In this document: piece after piece, positions 53,623-64,000 of the stretch
Layout of the letters: every line of letters starts with the position of its first letter
How positions within the stretch are numbered: position 1 is the stretch's first letter
Assembly: GCA_964016885.1 (NCBI GenBank)
Contig: OZ024741.1
Span: 57,102,001-57,166,000, forward strand
Reading direction: 5' to 3'
DNA length: 64,000 nucleotides
Source of the DNA: Eledone cirrhosa
Taxonomy: Eukaryota
Made by a program: the position numbers and the translations under genes
Notes under the pieces: generated by a model
Told to the model about the DNA's origin: nothing
Database searches by the model: none
Seen by the model: the letters and a program-made list of their open reading frames with translations, nothing else

Positions 53623-53985
53623 TCTATTTAGGTTTAATCGATACATATTAAATATATATCGATTGTGTTTCTCAATAAAATAGCTCCATGAACATTAGTT
53701 CAGAGCATCAATTATACAAGTTTAAACGATATATATAAAGAGGGTATATATAAACTGAGAACTTCTAATATTTTCTCCATACATACAGAGTAAATGATAT
53801 GTAAGTAAATATATTTACTTCAAGGTGGTAACGAACTTATATTTCCTTATACACATCTGTTTCATAAAACTCAAAGAAGGAAGCAAATCATCGATCTAAG
53901 TAATCATTTATCAATCACCAATAATCGATTTTGGTAATAAGCTTCTTAAAACCTGGATGTTAATCTTCAGTAAGGTTAGGCCTTC

Positions 53986-54036
<51 letters not shown>

Positions 54037-54079
54037 TATATATATATATGTATATATATGTATATATGTGTGTGTATAT

Positions 54080-54198
<119 letters not shown>

Positions 54199-54253
54199 AA
54201 TCAGGAAAGAAGGTTTACATGGTTTGCTATACAAAAAAGTTTTTAATCACATA

Positions 54254-54359
54254 GCTTACATTTGTTTCACTGAACTGGTATGTCTAGAGATCGCTATCCG
54301 CTTAATTTTGCGTTACTCGATCGCCAATACAGAATTATAACCAGTCAGATCTTCGGAGC
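54254..54359 (-). ncRNA. Hammerhead variant with CCGAAGA core and long stem II
   Basis: Reverse complement GCU-CCGAAGA-U-CUGACUGGU...ACCAGUUCAG-U-GAAA-C(AAAU)GUA|AGC. Confidence 0.65.
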
Positions 54360-55205
54360 ATGCGAGAATGAAGAAAATACACAGGCAAGAAAAGAAAAGA
54401 AAATATGGAGTAGTTATGGCATTCAATTAGAACAATAACAACAATTACAACAATGCTATCAATAAACTATTTAAGGAGACCCTGACATTACTTAGGTGGG
54501 GGGTATATAATGTATCTAATGTTACGGCGTGAAAACCAGCTGTCATAAGGCAAAAAGTATCGTAGTGTGTATCAATTTTAAATTATAAAGATAAGCTAGT
54601 TTTTACAGTCTTTCTCTTCATCTTCAACAGTATACATGAGTGGGACCACTGTCAAAGCTCAATAGTTGTAGAGTTAATACAGAGGTTAACGAATTAATAT
54701 ACGCATATATCTACGCACACACACATACACATACACACATATATATATATAAATATATATACACATATATGTGTACATAGACACATACATACACATCAAT
54801 ATACACTCGTACAAAAATATACATACATGCAAAGAGAAAAGCGTGCTAATTGTAATATGGCAAAAAGAAGGTAAAGTAACATTGTAGTAGTGAAATGAGA
54901 AAAACTAGGATCTAGGATCAAATGATTGCAGCAGCTGAGAAGGAGTAAAATTGTTGGTAGATGAGGTACTTACAGACAATTGTGTGGTATAGACTTGTGA
55001 AGGAAATAGTATACTTAATGAATATATTTCTGTGGGTAGTAGGTATCTTACTCATCACTGTAACTTCAACTACCACCACCACCACTACTATTATCAGCAA
55101 TCGTATTCTGAACTTATTTTTTTACTTATTTTTTACATTTTTATCATCTTCATTCTAACTTCTTTATTATTATCTTATCTTTTATTATTGATGTATTGTT
55201 TGTTG

Positions 55206-55394
55206 GGTGGATTGGCAGTATCGGTAGAGGGTCGGATGCCTTGCTTTGACGCATAGAGTTACGGCCCTTGCCATTCTGAGTTCAAATCCCGCCGAGGTTA
55301 ACTTTGCCTTTCGTCCTTACGGGGTCGATAAAATAAAGTACCAGTAATGTACTGAGTAATTGCTGGCCTTGTGCCAATAGTAGAAACAATTATT
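55206..55394 (+). mobile_element. SINE family A
   Basis: Full copy with TSD-like TTATTGATGT..ATTGTTT. Confidence 0.88.
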
Positions 55395-55461
55395 GATGTT
55401 ATTGTTTTGATTCTCCGATCAATAAATATCTATAAATACCAATGCCATGTGTTAAACCCTC

Positions 55462-55576
55462 CAGTATTCTGATGATTTGATCAGAGACACACACTGTATT
55501 TAAGGTCGACTGACGCAACTTTGAATGATTAGCGGCCTTTAGACTCACCTGATCAATGAAACAATTGTTAATACTG
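55462..55576 (+). ncRNA. Type I hammerhead with U·U-closed long stem II
   Basis: CAGUAUU-CUGAUGA-U-UUGAUCAG...CUGAUCAA-U-GAAA-C(AAUU)GUU|AAUACUG. Confidence 0.85.
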
Positions 55577-55737
55577 TAAATAAAACCCTTTTTGTACAGC
55601 CGACCATGTTATTCTTCACTCTTTCACTACTATATATATATATATATCACTCGATATGCAAATTAGGCTGCTCAGCCGTTAATATGCATAAGGAAAGTAT
55701 ATACTTTCAGACGTTCAATCATCTGGCAGGAAGGTAT

Positions 55738-55780
55738 ACGTTGCTGACGATAGCTTATAAGCTTGAAACTAGTACAGCGT
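55738..55780 (+). ncRNA. Minimal hammerhead
   Basis: ACGUUG-CUGACGA-U-AGCU(UAUA)AGCU-U-GAAA-C(UA)GUA|CAGCGU. Confidence 0.8.
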
Positions 55781-56369
55781 TCCTTTGGCTGATCTCAAAT
55801 CACGGAATCTCACAGAGGAGATAACAAAGGAAGACAATAAATGGAGGAATGCTATGTTGAAAAAGTTGTGTCTAACTCTTGCAAGCATGGAAGTGTGTAC
55901 ATATAATGATGGTGACGATGATTACAGAGACACAACCTAAACACTAATTAATTATATTCAACAGTTTAGGCTTAAGGAATGTGTAATATATTGCACATTT
56001 TTTTTTAAAGAAAAAACTGATGTGACCTTATTTGCATTGAGTGGAAATTTTTATCATTCATAATCTAGACAATCTAGAAAATTTAGTAACATTCATTTTT
56101 GTGGTAAAATTAATAGTAGATAAGCCTCTATAGTGCAAAATCATAGCCAGTGAGGTGCTTTGGAATATAATTTAATAAAGATTCTTACATGAAATTATGA
56201 GGAAAAGCTCTTGAATAAATATAAGCACTTTAAAACAAACAGTTTTGTATCATAGAACCAGGGACGGTTTCAGGAGTTTGGGTTCTCAAAATGATTATTT
56301 TTAACATGGCTCTTCATAATCTAGTCAATTTGGGAAAATAAGTAACATTATTGTGGTATAATTAATATT

Positions 56370-56685
56370 GACAGGGGTATCAGTTTAATTGACGTTGCTG
56401 CCAAAACCTTCGCAATTCTTCTACTGAAGAGGTTGAAGGCCATCCGTGATGTCCGTACCCGTCCTTCTCAGGATGACATCGTGTTGATGGACGCTAACGG
56501 GACAGATGTACAAGGTGCTCTCGAAATGGTGCACACTGCAGCCGCTGCTGTTGGTCTACGAATCAATGCCGCCAAGTCGAAAGTCATGACGTCACTGGTC
56601 TCGCCTGATGCCTGGCAGCCAATATCTCTCGAGGGTGTGGACCTGGAGGCTGTGGAGTGCTTCGTTTACCTGGGCTCAACAGTGG
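56370..56685 (+). pseudogene. Internally deleted RTE-like RT fragment
   Basis: RGISLIDVAAK..., DDIVL, VGLRINAAKSKVM, VECFVYLGS. Confidence 0.8.
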
Positions 56686-57006
56686 TTATATGGTTATTAG
56701 CATGTATATGTTAGTGTTTACACATGTGTGTGCATAAGCTTGTATGACTGTCTGTATCTATGTATGTATATATCAAATGGGAAGGGAGATATATATCCAG
56801 AGCTTTTGGTAGTTGGACGAGAAGAGGTGGTTATGGCAGAGAGTTAAGAGGGTTAAATATCTACAGCTTGTATTAGAAAGTTTCGGATGGGAAGAGGTGA
56901 TGTGTAGTGGTCAGTGCTGTAGTCACTGGTGACCAGAGAGAAGGAGTGCATGGTGGGGTGGACATGTTAAAGTGTGTTCTAGCTTGGTAGTAGATGTGCA
57001 TGTATG

Positions 57007-57070
<64 letters not shown>

Positions 57071-57121
57071 GAATAAGGAAAAGCGAAGTAGTTTCAGATG
57101 TTCAAGTCCTTTAATAATAAT

Positions 57122-57195
57122 GCTGTGATATATATTTCAGTGACGACACTGGCCACACTGTTCTGTGTGCGAGTGTCGTGTCATCATCAGACAGC
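57122..57195 (-). ncRNA. Type I hammerhead ribozyme
   Basis: Reverse complement GCUGU-CUGAUGA-UGAC-ACGACACU...AGUGUCGU-CACU-GAAA-U(AUAU)AUC|ACAGC. Confidence 0.8.
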
Positions 57196-57777
57196 TTGTT
57201 ACATAATAAGGTTATGTTTCCGAGGCAATCCAAATTGGATCGACAAGGGAACGGATGGATTGCGTGTTCTTGGGTTTTTCATCCGCTCCCTTGTGAGTAC
57301 CAATTCACCCCCACCGGCCTGCGCAAGCGCATGTCCGAAGGAAGTTGACCATTCTCCACCGCAGACTTCAACGAAATTTGCTTAGTCAGTTCACCCTCTC
57401 AACCAAAACAATGGCCCACCAATGCCTGTACCATATTTTACTGCTACCCATCACGGCTGTGGCAGTCAGCCGAGAGCCAGAGGGGATGGGAGAGTGTTAG
57501 TTTTTACAGGTCATAATACTACCCCTCACTAAGCGTTGATGGTACGACTGACCATCACCTTATTAGGGAAAATAAACTTATTTCTAATATTTGATTTAGG
57601 ATTTTAATTTTTATTTCTAACTCTCACTCTTAACTTCCAACGTAAAACCAAGATACCTAGAATAAGTTTATTTACATAACTAAATATACATATATACACA
57701 TACACGCACGTGTACACACACACACACACATATACATATGTCCGTATATATACCCCTCCGTTCACACATACATGCAT

Positions 57778-57827
<50 letters not shown>

Positions 57828-57828
<1 letters not shown>

Positions 57829-57967
57829 ACGAAGGAAATGTGGTAAGGAAGCAGATGGACCATAACGCACCAAAGTACTCAGTACTTAGGGTAGTAGAGT
57901 GGGTAATAGGAACAAGTATGAACCCGACGGCAAAGCTCAAGCCGTTTCGACGGCTAATTCTGGACTA
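57828..57967 (-). mobile_element. 3' end of PLE (family of 62241-64000) in (TA)n
   Basis: Aligns to 62241-62380. Confidence 0.88.
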
Positions 57968-57969
57968 TA

Positions 57970-58001
<32 letters not shown>

Positions 58002-58017
58002 GTTTTAATATAGATGA

Positions 58018-58066
58018 GATTCTACAGGACTAGAACTGTTTCATTCTTTAGAAATCATCAGGAATC
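58018..58066 (-). ncRNA. Type I hammerhead (U·U-closed stem II)
   Basis: Reverse complement GAUUC-CUGAUGA-U-UUC(UAAA)GAA-U-GAAA-CAG(UUCUAGUC)CUGUA|GAAUC. Confidence 0.8.
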
Positions 58067-58070
58067 TGCT

Positions 58071-58120
58071 GATTTCCTGATGATTTCTAAAGAATGAAAC
58101 AGTTCTAGTCCTGTAGAATC
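58071..58120 (+). ncRNA. Type I hammerhead (mirror copy)
   Basis: Same motif on the + strand, with one extra U in stem I. Confidence 0.75.
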
Positions 58121-58204
58121 TCATCTATATTAAAACTTTTATACTCTGCAATGTATTGAGTACCTTACTTACTGTGGTTACCTCCGATTCAACCCGGAAT
58201 AACG

Positions 58205-58237
<33 letters not shown>

Positions 58238-58260
58238 GTATATATATATATATGTGTGTG

Positions 58261-58294
<34 letters not shown>

Positions 58295-58420
58295 TATATT
58301 TGTGTGTGTTGTTTCCTTAAGCAAGACACTTTATTTCATATATATATGTATATATATATATGTATATATATACATGTATATATATATATGTATGTATATA
58401 TATATGTATATATATATGTG

Positions 58421-58488
<68 letters not shown>

Positions 58489-58491
<3 letters not shown>

Positions 58492-58795
58492 TTTCCTTGA
58501 GCAAGACACATTATTTCACATTGCTCCAGTTTACTCAGCTGTAGAAATGAGATGATAGGACTGGGGTCCTTATCATTCCACTGCAAAGTGGTCGTGTAGG
58601 TGCCACGGCAAAAAAGCACCCAGCCCACACTGTAAAGTGGACGTGTAGGCGCCATGGAAAAAAAGCACCCACCACTCACTGTAAATGAGGTTGGTGTTAG
58701 GAAGGGCATCTAGCTGTAGAAATCAAGCCAGAATCAGTTCCCGTCCCACCCTTGCAAGCAGGGAAAAGCGAACGTAAAATGATGATGATGATGAT
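58489..58795 (+). mobile_element. SINE family B body fused to an RTE 3' UTR with (GAT)n tail
   Basis: 58578-58732 aligns to RTE UTR 35323-35472. Confidence 0.8.
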
Positions 58796-58892
58796 ATATA
58801 TATATAAACTATAATAAAGTAAGGAGTGCGGGACTGCATACGGTTTATTTCTTTTAATCCAGTTAGTAAAATAAGCTGGATTACTTTGAATA

Positions 58893-59281
58893 AATAATTG
58901 TTTCTACTTTTGGCACAAGGCCAGCAATTATCCCAGTGTATTACTGGTACTTTATTTTATCGACCCGGTAAGGATGAAAGGCAAAGTTAACCTCGGCGGG
59001 ATTTGAAATCAGATCATAAAGGGCCGTAACTTTTTGCTGCAAAGCATGGCGTCCGACCCTCTACCGATACTGCCAATCCACTGCCCTTTGAATAAATAAT
59101 TGTTTCTACTTTAGGCACAAGGCCAGCAATTACCCAGTGCATTACTGGTACTTTATTTTATCGACCCCGTAAGGATGAAAGGCAAAGTCAACCTCGGCGG
59201 GATTTGAACTCAGATCGTAAAGGGACGTAACTATGCTGGAAAGCATGGCGTCCGACCCTCTATCGATACTGCCAATCCACC
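58893..59281 (-). mobile_element. Two tandem young SINE family A copies
   Basis: Full-length copies. TSD CTTTGAATAAAT around the first. Confidence 0.9.
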
Positions 59282-59768
59282 ATAAATAATGAATGAATAT
59301 TACATAATTTATCTGCTAAATTTTGTAGCTGTTGATTAAATATATTTTATTGGTTATTTACAGATTCACTTTTTTAAAATTTTCAAATATCAACACTTCC
59401 AGTTAGCGATCGCTTAAATAAACATTCATATATTTCCATCACTAATTTTTTTCTAATGCAGTTTATATAAAATATCGTCTTTTTGTAATGTATCATGGAT
59501 TACGTTACTGATTACATAAGAGAGTGTAACGCAGTCTTCGTTCAATTTCTGTGTATATTGTCAATTATGTTTTATTTGATGTATCATATCTACATGCATA
59601 TATACTTGTGTATAATATCAATATACACACTACACATGGTAGTAGAAAACCACCCGAAGGGTGATTTTTCTGCTAGTGTATGTAAAAAGTAAACAGAAAT
59701 AAAACAATTGGTACAGTATATGGAAGGAATATATATTAGTATAAAGCTTGCAATAGCAGGAAGAGAGT

Positions 59769-59802
59769 CTTAACGTTTCGGGCACTAGTCCTTCATCAGA
59801 AG
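59769..59802 (-). ncRNA. Minimal hammerhead with loopless palindromic stem III
   Basis: Reverse complement CUU-CUGAUGA-A-GGAC(UAGU)GCCC-GAAACGUU|AAG. Confidence 0.7.
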
Positions 59803-60028
59803 AAAGAATGAGAAATTAGAAAGATTGTAGGAACGGGCAGGGCGGAATCAGAAAACATGTCTTTAGAGAAAAATAACAGGACCATTTATGTTTCCATTTC
59901 TTGGAAAACTGACGATGCTGGCGTTTTGTGTATGATATATATATATTTAGAAAAGCGCATCTACCTGAAATGGGAAAAAAAAACGTTTTGTATATAGAGC
60001 TATGTGTGTGCGTATGCATGTGTGTCTC

Positions 60029-60109
<81 letters not shown>

Positions 60110-60524
60110 GTACGCCTGTACGAAGCTAAGAGGATATTTGTGTGTATATGTAAGTAAAATAAGTGTGTGTGTGCTTGTAAGTACAAAGCTGTGAGCAAAA
60201 GTATGTTAATAAAAGGGAGTGTGTGTGTATACAGAGCTGTGAAAGGAAAAGGAGGTGTGTGTGCATATTTTGTTTGCCTGTATCAGCTGTAAGTGTTTCT
60301 GACCATAAATGAGCCATAGGAATTAAAAACGATAAATGGAAAAAATGAAACGAAATTTCATTTCTCACTCTTAGTACGGCTGTTACTTAAATATAAGTAT
60401 GTACACGTACATACATATATGTATACAGACGTACAGTAGTATGTATATATATATACATACATGCACACATATATATATATGTACGTATATACTTTCAGAC
60501 GTTCCATCTGGCAGGAAGGTATAC

Positions 60525-60563
60525 GGTGCTGACGATAGCTAATAAGCTTGAAACTAGTACATC
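60525..60563 (+). ncRNA. Minimal hammerhead (family of 55738-55780)
   Basis: GGUG-CUGACGA-U-AGCU(AAUA)AGCU-U-GAAA-C(UA)GUA|CAUC. Confidence 0.78.
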
Positions 60564-60761
60564 ATTCCTTTGTCAGTGTTGAACAAACGAGCAACGATGG
60601 TTGCTAAACACTGTACGGCTTAATTCGGGATGTTTGTTTACAAACACACCGAGCATTATAATAAATGTTCGGTAAATCCATACGTACATATATATGTGTG
60701 TGCATGTATATATATATATATATATATACTACTGTACGTCTGTATACATATATGTATGTAC

Positions 60762-60844
<83 letters not shown>

Positions 60845-60847
<3 letters not shown>

Positions 60848-60928
60848 ACATGTTCAAGACCTCGACGGCAGAGCTCAAACCGTTTCGACGGTTATTTCTG
60901 GACCTGGTTCCTTTCCACACTTCCTTCG

Positions 60929-60930
<2 letters not shown>
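60845..60930. mobile_element. Rearranged mini-remnant of the 62241 PLE family in (TA)n
   Basis: A minus-strand half-HHR joined to the plus-strand tail CTGGTTCCTT.CCACA.TTCCTTCGTT. Confidence 0.75.
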
Positions 60931-60970
<40 letters not shown>

Positions 60971-60981
60971 TATATATATAT

Positions 60982-61505
60982 AGTTTTGCGAGGTTTTTAA
61001 TATGAAATCGTGTGTCGAAACAAATATTGTTATACTTGGGGAGGGTCATATTTGTGTAATATTGCCAGAATTAATAACAGAACACACTCACTGTTTGGTT
61101 GGTTTTCGCTTTTCGCTTCTGTGTCTTTTATATCGGTAATCTAATTTATTTGGTCCTCAATGTTGCCATTGACTGACCAACGGTTAAAAATAATACAAAT
61201 ACAGTATAGACACAAACACATATATATAGTTTATCAAAGTTCTTTCGTTGCACATCTGCAACATCGTCAGTGGTGCTATTGTTTCCTCCCGTTGCATTGT
61301 ATTTTCTACGCCATCTTTGGTCAGTCAATATTTTCTACGCCAACCGTTGGTCAGTCAATGGCAACATTGAGGACCGATATAAAAGATTACCGATATAAAA
61401 GACACAGAAGCGAAAAGCGAAAACCAACCAAACAGTGAGTGTGCTCTGTTATTAATTCTGGCAATATTACACAAATATGACCCTCCCCAAGTATAACAAT
61501 ATATA
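60982..61505. mobile_element. Inverted-repeat element in (TA)n (arms ~61024-61185 / 61343-61502), PLE-like
   Basis: Long inverted arms with a one-sided tail. Terminus shared with 376-400. No complete HHR seen. Confidence 0.7.
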
Positions 61506-62188
61506 TATTAATGTTTGCTTTCCCTGCTAGCAACGGTTGGGTGGGTCTACATAAGTCAGTTCTGAAGCAGAGCTACTGATCTCCCTGACAGACCAGAAAT
61601 CTGTCGTCTCGCTTATGTACGGTTTCACGTTTTACCGAGTGCAGAGGAGAGGTTGTAATGTCTTTGACACAACTGAACAGTCCTCACGACTCTTTGTTTG
61701 GCAGGTTTTCTCCAGCCTTTCTCCAGCCTCTCCTGTCACCAACCATTTTACAAGGTGGACTGAGTGCGTCTATCGTGTTAATCACCAACTTTAGGTAGGT
61801 TGACATGTCTTTGACGCTGCGGAATATTCTTCCCGGGCTTTTGTTTGGTAGTAATAATAAGTTTTTATGCTTTGATAATAATGATGATGATAATGAATTT
61901 TCAGGTTTTGAAGATGATTAAAGGTTTTATTACAAACTTCTTATTGTGTTTTTATGTATGATAGTCGTGCTAGTAGCTTGTTCTCCTATAACATGTTTTC
62001 TACTACTGCTAAGCTGGTTTTGTTTCTGTAGTAAAGTTTTCCTATTGTATACACGAATGTTATTTTCATTGTAAACGACTATTCTTCTTGTCTTTACATT
62101 CAACAGAAAGATAGAGAGAGAAAGACGAGTAGATAGATGGACTGGTGGGAAAATAGATAAGTAAAAAGACAAAAAGTTGGAGAGGCGG

Positions 62189-62242
<54 letters not shown>

Positions 62243-62333
62243 CGAAGGAAATGTGGTAAGGAACCAGGTGGACCATAACGCACCAAAGTACTCAATACTT
62301 GAGGTAGTAGAGTGGGTAATAGGAACCAGTAAG

Positions 62334-62427
62334 ACCCCGACAGCTGAGCTCAAGCCGTTTCGACGGCTAATTCTGGACTAAATGAAAATTTATCCTGGTA
62401 TTTAAATAGCCGATCTTCTCAAGGGGT
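62334..62427 (-). ncRNA. Type I hammerhead with U3-A8 core (UUGAGAA)
   Basis: Reverse complement ACCCC-UUGAGAA-GA(U)CGGCUA...UAGCCGUC-GAAA-CGGCU(UGAGCUC)AGCUGUC|GGGGU. Confidence 0.8.
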
Positions 62428-63533
62428 AATTCCATATATGGTCAAAGTGATTGTCAAAAATCAGTAGTAATTCTGTGCTTGCAAATTAGTAGGGGAGATG
62501 GTGGCTAAACCTGCCAGTAGGAGAAAGAGGGGAGGGGGTGGAGTAGACCCAATCAAGCGTTGGTAGTGCCAGCTACAGCTGGGCATGAGGTCAAAGAAGA
62601 TACAGGGGAGGGGAGGGGGAGTAATTCGGAACGGTAGGTAGAACAATGGGGGGTAGAAATAGGAAAGAAAAAATACTGAGAGTGAAGAAAAGCAAATAAG
62701 TGTAAAGAAAAAAGTAAAGTAAATTAAATTCAACGACCTAGGTGTCAGGCTATTGTTAGGCGAGAATAAAATAAAGAAAGAAAGAAAGAAGTAAATAAAT
62801 AAATAAATAAATAAATAAGGAAATAAGTAAGAGAACTAGGTGGGGCGGATAAGGCAAGGACCCTTTTAAGAGGTATAAGTACGTAAATGATACGGTGACG
62901 GGTCAACAAAAGGGGCCAAAATACTAAAGAGACTACCACGAAATAAACAATAAAGGTTTCCATCCCGGGCCAGCAACGACCCAGTGCAGCAAAGTGAACT
63001 TGTACGAGATAATAATTCTGAGTCCCGAGAAAAATATATACTAATGCTAACTCTAAAAGATCTAAAACAAGCTACATGAAAGTTCGTACGAAATAAAGGT
63101 AGAATACGGAGAAATAAATTCAGAATCCACCCCGCCCAGAAGAAAAGCGAAGCAAGAAATACTGAAACGAAAAAATAAGGCATAAGTGCCACTAAGAAAT
63201 ATAGAGGGCACAGAGAATAGTGGGAGCGGTCGGAAAAAGGGGGAAAGTATCCGGGGTCTAAGCCAACTGCTATAAAGGGCGGAGACCGCCAAATCTATCA
63301 AAGACATGGGGAGGGGGGGGGGGGGTACTAAGGCTACATGGGGCCAAAGGGCAGCCTCGGGTGGGCGAGAAAAGACGCCGACAAAGGAGAAGAGCTGGGG
63401 TAGAAGGACAAAGGAGAGAGGGGGGAAGGAAATAAAGGAAGCGATAAAAGAATACAAAGAAGATCTTACGTCTTACTTGGCAAGCAGGGGTTACCCATTG
63501 CAAAATCGGCAACTGGGGTGTTATAGCCCTAGT

Positions 63534-63998
63534 CTACCCCCCCGGGTCATTATGGGGTTTGAGGGCGAGGTAAGTCCTACGCAATCTATGTTTACATGCA
63601 GTAACCAGTTCATCTTTCTTGTTTAGGAGTTGGTCCGTCGAAAACAGCATTTGTAAAGTTTCCTCCGAGCATAAATTGCACGGACGGCGTCCTCCCGTGT
63701 AAGAATTGGCTCTGGACAGTAATCTCCAAGTGAGATCATAGGTGATGTTGTTGTCCTTGAGGTCCCATATGTGGCCCGAAAGTGTAGTGGCGTGACGCCG
63801 GGCCGGGTTTCGGAAGGTATGTCTATGTTGGTATAGCCGGGTCTTGAAGTCACATGCGGTAAGTCCTATATAGGCTTTGTTGGAGGTATCCGTCCTCACG
63901 TTGCACTGGTAGATCACATTACGGTCTCTGCATCTATTGTCGAGTGGGCAAATAGATCTATCCGGGCAGTTACACCTCCTGGTCGGTTCTCCACTGCT
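63534..63998 (-). CDS. PLE GIY-YIG endonuclease (partial, runs off the window)
   Basis: CNCPDRSICPLDNRC linker (CxCx5Cx5C), NVIYQ...YIGLT..FKTRLYQH...LSGHIW.LK...CNLCSEE...LLNK. Confidence 0.9.
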   Translation of the reverse strand, partial: SSGEPTRRCNCPDRSICPLDNRCRDRNVIYQCNVRTDTSNKAYIGLTACDFKTRLYQHRHTFRNPARRHATTLSGHIWDLKDNNITYDLTWRLLSRANSYTGGRRPCNLCSEETLQMLFSTDQLLNKKDELVTACKHRLRRTYLALKPHNDPGG

Positions 63999-64000
63999 AA

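Larger units (their letters stand above)
58001..58205. mobile_element. Fold-back PLE remnant: ~66-bp arms plus tail
   Basis: 58001-58066 mirrors 58071-58137. Tail 58138-58205 resembles the reverse complement of 418-470. Confidence 0.82.
62241..64000 (-). mobile_element. Penelope-like element 3' portion (Nematis-like) ending in (TA)n
   Basis: C-terminal GIY-YIG ORF, a ~1.3-kb pyrimidine-rich 3' region, and an HHR near the end. Confidence 0.9.

Overview
AT-rich, repeat-dominated eukaryotic DNA, probably intergenic or intronic. The SINE families and very high (TA)n/(CA)n/(TACA)n density suggest a cephalopod such as Octopus (inference). No host protein-coding gene can be supported, and most listed ORFs are microsatellite artefacts. 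Recognisable elements: an RTE LINE with an open reading frame (32671-35592); a nearly intact Dong/R4-like RLE retrotransposon (46700-49846) plus relatives; CRE-like RLE remnants; a decayed Tigger/pogo transposon (19665-22334); several MITEs; many tRNA-derived SINEs; a 41-bp minisatellite grown out of an RTE ORF; and the 3' end of a Penelope-like element (PLE) with a GIY-YIG endonuclease at the right edge. The main hidden structure is about 20 hand-foldable type I hammerhead ribozymes (HHRs) from at least 10 sequence families, plus degenerate or half copies. They sit in short, mostly (TA)n-flanked PLE pseudo-LTR remnants, and many are fold-back inverted repeats. Several have non-canonical cores (U3-A8, C4, U10.1·U11.1). 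One U3-A8 ribozyme is directly linked to the GIY-YIG ORF. A separate set of retroelements occupies (TACA)n tracts. All folds and coordinates were worked out by eye, and element edges are approximate.
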